NCBI GenBank assembly: GCA_951406725.2
Contig: OX597824.1
Span: forward strand, 96,348,001 to 96,412,000
Reading direction: 5' to 3'
Source of the DNA: Octopus vulgaris
Taxonomy: Eukaryota
DNA: 64,000 nucleotides
Part shown: positions 55,101 through 64,000 of the stretch, piece by piece
How the letters are laid out: each line of letters starts with the position of its first letter
Numbering within the stretch: the first letter of the stretch is position 1
Program-made: the position numbers and the translations under genes
Notes under the pieces: model-generated
The model's database searches: none
Seen by the model: only the letters and a program-made list of their open reading frames with translations
What the model was told of the DNA's origin: nothing

Positions 55101-56226
55101 TAGAGATTTGGCTGGGGCAACAGTGGTTTTTTAGTACAAACTACAGTTTTTACAATATATTGTACAGTGATGATAGTAGATAATAGTGAGGCATGGGGCA
55201 AGAAAGTGCTGGACATCATCATCATCATCGTTTAACATCCATTTTCCGTGCTAGCAGGGATTGGACGGTTCGACCAGGGTCTGGGAAGCCAGGAGCCTGG
55301 TGCAGCCTCCAGTCTGATCTGGCAGAGTTTCTAAAGCTGGATGCCTTTCCTAACGCCAACCACTCCGAAAGTGTAATGGGTGCTTTTTATGTGCCAGGGG
55401 AGGCTGGCAGCGGACACGATCGGTTGGTGCTTTTTATGTGCCACCAGCACAGAAGCCAGTCAAGGCGGCGCTGGCATCCAGAGAAAATATGTGATAAGGG
55501 CTAGAAGGATTCTAAATGATAAAGATGGTAGCAAAATGGCAAAATTCTTAAAGTGTTGGATATAGTGCTTGCAGTATTTCTCCCAGTTCTCTTCACTCAG
55601 AGATCAAATCCTGTGATGGTCAACTTTACCATTTATCCTTTCAGCATCAGTAAAAAAGAACCAATTCAGGGTGATGTTTTTAGTGGAACTTTTTGAGGGT
55701 TGAGAGAGATGATGCCAAGAGGTATGTGTTCCAACAGCAATGTCTACAAAGACACTGGTGCCAAGCTGCATCAGCCCATGTTTGGTGGTCTTTCTCGCGG
55801 ATAAACATTGATGATGTACAAAGGAGCAATTTGCATGCATGGACAAGTCTTAAATCTTATCCTGGTTGATGCATGACCAACATTAATTGAAGTGGGGCCC
55901 GCATGGTAGTGAGAAATGTGGTAAGGAAGGCTTTATGGAGGTTAGGAATTAAAGACAGCAACAGATGTGTGGAGAATAAAGATGGATGGATATGAATGAT
56001 ACTAACTTACATGTGCTAAAAGAGTGCCACATGGTTGTGCAATGCGGGAAAACATCTTTTGGATGTGCTAATGTTAATCCACATTAATGATAGGCGGAAT
56101 ATGCATGAAGTGAGTGAGTGGGAAGGTGGTTATTGATGAGATCATCTCTACTGTATAGAACATGGAAGCAGTGAGATGCTACATGGTAGTAAAATATGTA
56201 AATTCAATGAAAGAGATCCATGAAGG

Positions 56227-56271
<45 letters not shown>

Positions 56272-58960
56272 GATGTGTTATAGCTAATCTACATGATTAT
56301 ACATGTTATTGCTAATCTACATGTTGGATGTGTTATTGCCAATCTACATGAACGATAAAGCTGAAGTAAGGCAAGTGACAAGGGGGATTATCCCTTTTAT
56401 TGCCAGATTTATACTGAAATCTGTTGCCTTTCTTCCATTCAATTGTGAAAATATTTGGCCCAGATATTCTACCTGTGTTATGCTCAAACTGACCAGATCC
56501 AGCCCCTCACACCTACCCTGCAATGTCATTCTAAAAACGATCTTGATCCTATGAAACAATGCATGATTAATTCAAAACAAGGTGAATAAATATGCTTTTA
56601 AGGGCTGGTCCCAGGAATTTTTCAGAGAGAGGGCACAAGCTCAGAAAGGAATACAATTCCAGGAAAAAAGGGTCTAATAACATCATTTAGAAGAGTGCAC
56701 TTCTTTTCTTGAGGGGTCATGTGCCCCTCAGTCTGGTCTGCCCCTGCTTTATATTTGACAGAGTAATCTGAATGTCAAAGGGTCAAACTGGTGTTGGGAC
56801 TTACCAGAACATTAAATTTTGATGAAAGGTTTTGAGATCACTTTAAATTGAGACGCTTGTAGCCCAGGGGCAAAAGGTAGTTCCAGGAAGGTTGGTTTTA
56901 AAAGGGTTAAAAATATTAACCTACACATGTTGAAGAACTGACAGGATTGATATATATATATATATATACTCTTTTACTTGTTTTCAGTCATTTGACTGCA
57001 GCCATGCTGGAGGACCACCTTTAGTTGAGCAAACTGACCCCAGGACTTATTTTTTGTAAGCCTAGTACTTATTCTATCGATCTCTTTTGCTGAACCGCTA
57101 AGTTACAGGGGACACAAACACAGACATATATATGATGGAATTCTTTCAGTTTCCGTCTACCAAATCCACTCACAAGGCTTTGGTCGACCTGAGGCTATAG
57201 TAGAAGACACTTGCCTAAGGTGCCATGCAGTGGGACTGAACCCGGAAAAATGTGGTCGATAAGCAAGCTACTTACCACACAGCCACTCCTATATATATAC
57301 AATAGTGTGTGTGATAGAATGTTGTTGGGTACATTTAAAATATTAAACGAGAACTTACCGATTCCAAGATTTCCACGGAGTTGTGAAATTTCTTCCTCTC
57401 GGAAGATATGGCTGACAAGGCCCATTCCTTTCTTTTGAGTGAAATGTATTTCATTTCCGGTGCTTGTTACAATCCCTGCACTCTCTTGGCCCCTACAAGA
57501 AAACAATTTTTTTTATCAGACATCTCATGGAAGCTTCTCTTTCTTTTCATTCAGGCGAGGAGACCTATTGAGTCAAGAACATCAACATCAAAATATATAT
57601 CAAATGGAAATTGTAGTTGTGATACCTGTGCCAGTGGAACGTAAAAAGCACCATCCGAACGTGGCTGATGCCAGCGCTGCCTTGACTGGCTTCCGTGCCG
57701 GTGGCACGTTAAAAGCACCAACCGATCGTGGCCGTTGCTAGCTTCGCCTGGCACCTGTGCTGGTTGCATGTAAAAAGCACCCACTACACTCACGGAGTGG
57801 TTGGCGTTAGGAAGGGCATCCAGCTGTAGAAACACTGCCAGATCAGACTGGAGCCTGGTGCAGCCTCCCTGGTCTCCCAGACCCCGGTTGAACCGTCCAA
57901 CCCATGCTAGCATGAAAACGGACGATGATGATGAAGAAAACCACAACCATTGCTTCTAAATTGCATTCATCTCTGATTCACTGATAACTAATGAAGAAGT
58001 GTTTGAGTTAATTATTCTCCACGCCAGTCATGGGTAAACTGTCGCTCATGGGACATTCTCAATGGCACAACTAACAAAAAAGAATCACCTCGAATTTTTA
58101 AAGTAATGCAGCCTACCTGATGATGAGCTTGGTTTTATGAGGTCTGCTTCAACTCAAAGTTTGTCCATGTCTGATCTAAACAGTTTTTTTCCAGAATCGG
58201 ATCCACCATAACCAAAAACATGGGATTCCGTAAAAATAGATCAATATATATCCATTTTACCCGAATTTATGACGGAAAAATCTGATCTTGTGAATTTTCC
58301 GAAAGTCCTCTCTCCACCCCCAGGGTCGTCAGCGCGCTTTTTTCCATATTCGTTTTCCCCACCAGGCTGGTTTATTTATTTATTTTTTTTGTTCCCTGGT
58401 GAAGGTCTTTATACTGACCCCATTTTCCCATGATATTCTTTCATTTGATCTAGATATTTAAAATTGTTATGGCATTTCCGATCTTTCTTAATGTCTAGGG
58501 ATCGATATTGATGAGGAATTCTGGAGAACTGAAGAAGCAAGTTCACCTTATCGTGTCTTACTCATTTTGCCCCATCTAAATTTCTCTTTTATATGCTCCA
58601 GGGAACGGAGATAGTTTTCTGAAATACTGTTCTGAATATGTTATAGGTTTTTAAAAATTAATTTAGAGACGGTAATTTGCTTAGCTGATATAGTAACATA
58701 AAGAACATTTGTAAAACAAAACTATTTTTTCTCAAAGTCAAAAATGCAGTAACTATTCCTAACGTGCCTCCCCACCCTCATGGAAGGAGACTCGGAGAAG
58801 TGCGATATAAATATAAGTAAAATATGAATAAAGCTAAAATCCATATATCAAAAGTTTTTGCTAATATTATACCAGGTTGTTGTTATATAAATTTAGTATA
58901 TCGGAGAATAGAAACGAACATATCGAACTTTTCAGAATTAAAATCAACATATACAAACGT

Positions 58961-58991
<31 letters not shown>

Positions 58992-59207
58992 ACAAATCCG
59001 GAGGTGAAGAAGCACACTCTTAAATGTACATATATATATATGTACATACACACCTAATCCCTGTACAGCGTGGGTTATAAATAATATATAACTATAGTCA
59101 CGGCGTGAAATTAGACACCATAGATAGAACCCTATATATGTAATGTAACTACCCTTAAACTATACAAACTTTACACAGTTTATATATATATAATATAATA
59201 TAATATA

Positions 59208-59270
<63 letters not shown>

Positions 59271-59486
59271 ATGTCAACTTTTGATGGAGAAAAAAATATT
59301 GAGAAAATGCTATATTTACCGATGTTGTAGACCGACCAGACCCAGGCAAATAATGTGGGGGACATCCAAATCGGTTGTTTTCGGTGGTTGAGGCCATTCT
59401 CCACTGGCAACGCAACCAAAGACCCCACAAGCTTCTTCCAGTCCACTTTCGTCATCAGGGATAAAGAATTCCTCATTCGTACACAT
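43933..59486 (-). CDS. PPAT: Amidophosphoribosyltransferase (glutamine PRPP amidotransferase), 11 coding exons, 508 aa including a 19-aa propeptide
   Basis: Exons 59320-59486, 57359-57492, 54947-55080, 52936-53048, 51794-51930, 50927-51025, 49232-49360, 47617-47744, 46007-46228, 44660-44780, 43933-44075 splice in frame. Motifs: [87 protein letters not shown]. Confidence 0.96.
44660..44780 (-). CDS. PPAT: PPAT coding exon 10
   Basis: [40 protein letters not shown]; 121 nt. Confidence 0.93.
46007..46228 (-). CDS. PPAT: PPAT coding exon 9
   Basis: [36 protein letters not shown]...[10 protein letters not shown]...SGATE; 222 nt; PRPP-binding motif. Confidence 0.94.
46318..46500 (-). mobile_element. 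Tc1/mariner (maT, DD37D-like) transposase fragment
   Basis: [53 protein letters not shown]. Confidence 0.7.
46900..47128. mobile_element. piggyBac-type MITE (TTAA target) inserted inside a SINE
   Basis: ttaa accttttgtta...taacaaaaggg ttaa; SINE sequence resumes on both sides. Confidence 0.7.
47340..47554 (+). mobile_element. tRNA-derived SINE with 18-bp TSD
   Basis: TSD agaaatcataatggaata at 47322-47339 and 47555-47572. Confidence 0.85.
47617..47744 (-). CDS. PPAT: PPAT coding exon 8
   Basis: [42 protein letters not shown]; 128 nt. Confidence 0.93.
48986..49165 (+). mobile_element. 5'-truncated CR1-like insertion with 45-bp flanking duplication
   Basis: gttgctgaagcatggaataaactgcc...ctgtacacaa(tta)n; flanks 48941-48985 and 49166-49210 are identical. 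Confidence 0.85.
49232..49360 (-). CDS. PPAT: PPAT coding exon 7
   Basis: [42 protein letters not shown]; 129 nt. Confidence 0.93.
50927..51025 (-). CDS. PPAT: PPAT coding exon 6
   Basis: (D)[32 protein letters not shown](G); 99 nt. Confidence 0.9.
51794..51930 (-). CDS. PPAT: PPAT coding exon 5
   Basis: [45 protein letters not shown]; 137 nt; AAG acceptor. Confidence 0.9.
52936..53048 (-). CDS. PPAT: PPAT coding exon 4
   Basis: [37 protein letters not shown](R); 113 nt. Confidence 0.93.
53215..53730. mobile_element. hAT-type MITE rich in TTAAC repeats (host of the piggyBac MITE)
   Basis: TIRs caaacctgggcac / gtgcccacttttg; 8-bp TSD gccagttg / tccagttg. Confidence 0.65.
53449..53671. mobile_element. 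piggyBac-type MITE, inverted copy of 46900-47128
   Basis: ttaa ccctttagtta...taacgaaaggg ttaa. Confidence 0.75.
54947..55080 (-). CDS. PPAT: PPAT coding exon 3
   Basis: [44 protein letters not shown]; 134 nt. Confidence 0.93.
57359..57492 (-). CDS. PPAT: PPAT coding exon 2
   Basis: [30 protein letters not shown]...GNLGI; 134 nt. Confidence 0.93.
57560..57935 (+). mobile_element. Third high-copy SINE-like family with (GAT)n tail
   Basis: gtgccggtggcacgtaaaaagcacc repeats + ggttggcgttaggaagggcatccagctgtagaaac...ccatgctagcatgg...(gat)n; many other copies, e.g. 7220-7550, 9035-9340, 11200-11572, 23935-24210, 28885-29165, 44240-44430, 44960-45275, 48390-48710, 52260-52730, 54315-54700, 55215-55480, 63395-63617. 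Confidence 0.85.
59320..59486 (-). CDS. PPAT: PPAT coding exon 1
   Basis: [32 protein letters not shown]...LGLVGLQH(R)|gtaaat; 167 nt. Confidence 0.9.
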
Positions 59487-59499
59487 TTCGGTTCGAGTC

Positions 59500-60020
59500 A
59501 CCTCCTTCGAACCAGCTCCTCGTAACCTGTACCTATTACAGTAATCGCGGGCACCCCTCAAGCACTCACACGCACGCACTGTGGCTTACTGCTGTGGAAA
59601 GGAGTTCAAATGGGACGTTTAAAGAAATAAATAAGGCCAGACAGGGATGACAACGGAAACGCACGTGGCTTTTATTAATTTATAATAATTGGCGCTTGAC
59701 ACTGCAGCTACCTTGGTGTGTACGAGACTAACAACTTGGGCTACAAACTGTGGTTATATAAACCAACGAGGGAGACACTACGTGGTCGTCCGACATGCTG
59801 CTAACAACAGCTAAATCTTCCTCTTCTTACACCTCATCGTCTAAATTAAAAGCATGTACTTGTTGATTAATGTAGTCCTGCATATCCTTAAAAACCAACA
59901 ACACGGGTTGGTCTCGGTTGGAATGCCTTTTAATGACTTTGCTCATAAGTCTGCTCAATCAGGACTGACCCGGGGTTAAATAATAACTGCAGATATAAAA
60001 TGTTCAATTTTGGCGCCTTA
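59500..60020 (-). promoter_or_regulatory. PPAT 5'UTR/proximal promoter with E-box, CCAAT and E2F-like sites
   Basis: CpG-retaining region upstream of the ATG. CACGTG 59662-59667; ATTGG (CCAAT on minus) 59688-59692 overlapping TTGGCGC; TTTGGCGC 60009-60016. Confidence 0.45.
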
Positions 60021-60269
60021 CGAAGAAGTTTTACTTCGACGCTTCTTTTTAAAGTTTTTATTTTTATATTTTAATTAATTATATCTTAATTATATGTGGA
60101 CGACTAAATAAAAAACATTAAAAAAATAAATGACGATTTTCGTTCTTCTTCGTCTCTATAATTCAATCTTCAATACTTTTATTCTTTATGCTTCTTTCCT
60201 TCCTGTAAAACCTAAATTATAATTTCTTTTTCCATCTCAGCTATATTCTAAGAATGTATTAGACAATAC

Positions 60270-60452
60270 CAGTGCTTTTCAAACTTTTTGCTGGAGCGAG
60301 CGGAACCCCAAGGAAACATTCCACTGGCTCGAGGAACCCCTGTGCAATAATTTAATAGTCTTATGCACACATATCTGCACAGGAGAATTAAAAATTACTG
60401 CCGGTTTTAGCAGTTTTGTAACTTCTTGCGGAACCCTGGTTGAAAACCACTG
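60270..60452. mobile_element. hAT-Charlie-type MITE
   Basis: TIRs cagtgcttttcaa / ttgaaaaccactg; 8-bp TSD gacaatac / gactatac. Confidence 0.8.
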
Positions 60453-61899
60453 GACTATACTAATATTCTAGGCTTCCTTCTTGAAGGGTCATATTTAATC
60501 GTGTCCAATGTGTCCAGAAGTTTAAATGAATGAGGCTTAGTAGAGTAAGGGATGAGGGTTCGTTCGAAGCAATCCTTATCAAAGGAATTCCTGTGGAGTT
60601 TTGGATTAAATGCCGCTCAAAGTTAGAATTCTACGAAGGGAACGAGGTACGGGTAAAAATGAAATAATAATTCTTCAGAATCGCAATTGTTGAATAAAAT
60701 ATAGTAATACTGAAAAAAAAAAGTAAAATAAAGTTTTTCCTCGCCGGCATTCCAATCGTGGTCACCCAGTAATATATTTTATCTAATGTTTTTTTTTCCC
60801 TCAGTCGATAAGGTGTCATTTAAAAGAGATTAGACTGCTATTTCTAGCAAGTCGACCAACTACCTTACATAGAGGCTTCCTCGTTACCCGGAGACCCTAA
60901 ATTTTAAGGAAGTACATACAAATCGATAACTCGTTCTTCCTTTTGTGTGCATGTTGTTGTTTAACCCTAGGAAGGTCCTCTTCTACGAAGGCATTCCAAT
61001 CACGACAATCCAGACTGTTTCCAGGCACGGTGTACGTACTCCTCCTCTTAGCAACATTATGTCATTTTTTAATATCTTGAAAAAATATCAGAACGTAATT
61101 TGAGAATGACTTGGCTGCTATTTTTGAAAGACTGACTGACCTAGTCTGGACACCCACGTTGTTTCGTGTATTTCTTAAATAAAGTGGCGTATATATATGT
61201 CACATAACAAAAATGTAACCAAGGGAGCTTTGTCCACTTTTGCACTTGGTGAGTTTGTCCTAAGGGGCTTTTGTCCTACTCTCGTCGTTTATGTGATCTG
61301 GTTTGGTATTTGATTTAATTAAGTACCAGTTACGCACTGGGGTCGATGTAATCGACTTAATCCGTTTGTCCCCTCTATGTTTAGCTCCTTGTGGGTAATA
61401 AAGAAACAGGTATTTGATTTCGTTGTACCAGGAAGCTATAAAATAGTTGAATGGATCAGAAAAGTGTCGTAATAGCCATCCTGATTGAGTCTATTCTGCC
61501 TTTTTAAAGGGTTCTACATTATTCAATATCAGTTTCCCTCTTTAACGACAGCAGGGTATGAATTTGGAGGAGATTTTGCTACTGTTTCTAGAAGCTTGAG
61601 CTGGCCTATGATAAAAAAGAAAATTCCAATCGGGACCGTACTTACGTCCCCTTAACTTAGCGGTTCGGCAAAATATGTTAATAGAATAAGTACAATGACT
61701 ATGAGGGGTCCACCAGAATAAAATAGTAACCAAAGGGGTCTATAGATAAAAACTGTTCGAGAACCCCTGATGTAGATAAGAGTCAATAGTGTAGTTCATG
61801 TGGATAATGTAGATATATAACATTGACGATGTAGATAATGTTGATAATGTAAATAACTTAGATATTCTTGTTAGTGTTGATAATGAAGATTATAACATG

Positions 61900-62445
61900 G
61901 GAAAGTGAAGTTCTCAAAATGCCCTGGAGGCTCTCTAGGTTGAGGTTGTAGATGATTTCTGTTACCTAGGTGACATAATTTGCTGTGGAGGAGGAAGTAC
62001 CAAAAGTGTAATTGGTTGGGAATAGGATGGAGACAGTTGAGGGAGATTCCACCTCTGTTGGCAACCAAAGGTTTCTCTCTCTGAGTGAAAGGAAGATTGT
62101 ATGATGCATGTGTACAAACAACAATGCTACATGGTAGTGAGACATGGTCCCTGAATGTGGAGGACATGTGAAGACTAGAGAGGAGCAAAGTTAGTAGGCT
62201 CCCCTGGGTGTGCACTGTGAGGTAAAAGTGTGCAAGAAAGAAGAAGACTGGTTTGGTGATGTGAGGTGTATGGATGTAAACAGTTGCCTAAAATGGAAGG
62301 AACTTGTGGAAGAGGTAAACCCAGAAAGACTTGGGATGAAGTACTGAATGCTGATGTCAAGGCACTGAGCCTTAGGAAGGAGATGACAAAGGGCTGAGAT
62401 GTCTAGTGCCTTGCTGTACTCAAAAAGACCCATTCACCACAGCAG
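61900..62445 (+). mobile_element. Degenerate RTE LINE 3' fragment
   Basis: VVDDFCYLGDII...PLLATKGFSL.VKGRLYDACVQTTMLHGSETW, with stops. Confidence 0.75.
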
Positions 62446-62473
62446 GATTGATATCTTAAAAACCACCTTGGTA

Positions 62474-62655
62474 TTGCTCAGTAGAGACTCCTCTATTGAC
62501 TCAGTAAAGACTCCCCTGTTGACTCAATAGAGGCTGCCTTGTTGACTCAGTAGAGATTCCCTTGTTGACTCAGTAGAGACTGGTTTGTTGACTCAGTAGA
62601 GACTCCTCTGTTGACTCAATAGAAGCTGCCTTGTTGACTCAGTAGAGATTCCCTT
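62474..62655. repeat. 23-bp minisatellite, about 8 copies, each carrying TGACTCA
   Basis: TGACTCA at 62497, 62520, 62543, 62566, 62589, 62612, 62635 (period 23), plus one degenerate copy. Confidence 0.9.
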
Positions 62656-63352
62656 TGCTGGGTGGAGGTGCTTATTGCCCCTTTGAAAACATAAGGACAC
62701 AGAAAATGTCTCATGGCCAGCTGGAAACTGTGTTACCTAGGGTTAAATAACAGTAGTATTCTTCCCTTTCATGGGAATGCCACATTAAGTTGGCAACATA
62801 CCCTGTTGATCACTTTATCGTGCTGCTATTGTATAAATCTCTGTAAAAGGTTTAGAAATGTATCATTTCTATACTTTATCTGTAGTTTTAGCTTTTTATC
62901 ATAATTACATCTTTTATTCCCTCCTACACACAGAATATGAAGAAGTATTTAGCTACTGATGCTTGTATATGTAGGACACTGCTTTGTGAAGCTTGAAAAA
63001 GGCCACCTTCAAAAGTCACCAGCTTGGAACCGTTAACAATAAGAAATCATTTACGCTGGTAATATCTTTAGGAAATTCATGGAGATCATAACACTGACTG
63101 TTGTCTTGCCTCTTTATGTATCTGCCACTGGTACCTAGAAAAACAGGATTGACACTAATAATTGATAGTGAGATAAATATTAGGGGAACAGGGGAGGGAA
63201 ATTATATAAGGCAGCGTGGCTGTGTGGTAAGAAGCTTTCTTTCCGACCACACGGTTTCTGGTTCAGTCCCACTGCATGGCACTTTGGGCAAGTGTTTTCT
63301 ACTATAGCCTTGCCGAGTGGGTTTGGTAGACGGAAACTGAAAGAAGCCTGTC

Positions 63353-63392
<40 letters not shown>

Positions 63393-64000
63393 CCAACCGA
63401 TTGTGGCTGTTGCCAGCCTCCTCTGGCCCCTGTGTTGGTGGCATGTAAAAAGCACCCACTACACTCACGGAGTGGTTGGCGTTAGGAAGGGCATCCAGCT
63501 GTAGAAACACTGCCAGATCAGACTGGAGCAGCCTCCTGGCTTCCCAGACCCTGGTCGAACCGTCCAACCCAGGCTAGCATGGAAAACGGACGTTAAATGA
63601 TGATGATGATGATGATGAAATATATATATATAAATGCATGTATCTGTGTTTGTTCTCCACCCTCATCGCTTGACAACCGATGTTGGTGTGTTTACGTCCT
63701 CGTCACTTAGCGGTTCGGCAAAAGAAACCGATAGAATAAGTACTAGGCTTAAAGTAATATCTTTATATTCACTATAACTCTTCGAGGCAATGTTCCAGCA
63801 TGGCTGTAGTCAAATATCCATTAGGTACTATTTAAGAAGAGTGGTCCCGGTGCGCGCACTCGCGCATCCGGGCTGGCTATTCGTGACTAGTCGATCCTAC
63901 AACGACTCCCTAGCAAAGTAAAAAAAAACACAAAATAAATAATTTTTTAAAAACAAAGTAAATAAAACACAAAGGATCGACTAGTCACGACTAGCTAGAA

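Noticed and set aside
59487-59579. N-terminal extension of PPAT in ORF 59316-59579
   Set aside because: Begins at a GTG (bacterial-style start call); the first in-frame ATG is at 59486.

Overview
AT-rich, microsatellite- and SINE-dense animal genomic DNA. The repeat repertoire looks like Octopus or another coleoid cephalopod; this is an inference, not a database result. Three complete intron-containing housekeeping genes were reconstructed by hand, all on the minus strand in head-to-tail order: PPAT (amidophosphoribosyltransferase, 11 coding exons, 508 aa, 59486->43933), RBKS (ribokinase, 8 coding exons, 308 aa, 38575->22691) and BPNT1 (3'(2'),5'-bisphosphate nucleotidase, 7 coding exons, 310 aa, 18307->2065). 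All introns are GT-AG and phases are consistent. Introns and spacers hold at least three SINE-like families, RTE/CR1/Penelope-like fragments, hAT/piggyBac/Tc1/Helitron derivatives and many foldback hairpins. Most notable: a compact co-oriented nucleotide-metabolism gene trio; an apparently intact minimal hammerhead ribozyme in RBKS intron 7; a 23-bp minisatellite with 7 phased TGACTCA sites upstream of PPAT; a TSD-flanked trimeric SINE; and many long intronic inverted repeats that could be ADAR or back-splicing substrates. Exon coordinates were read base by base; repeat boundaries are approximate. No prokaryotic features (CRISPR etc.) are present.
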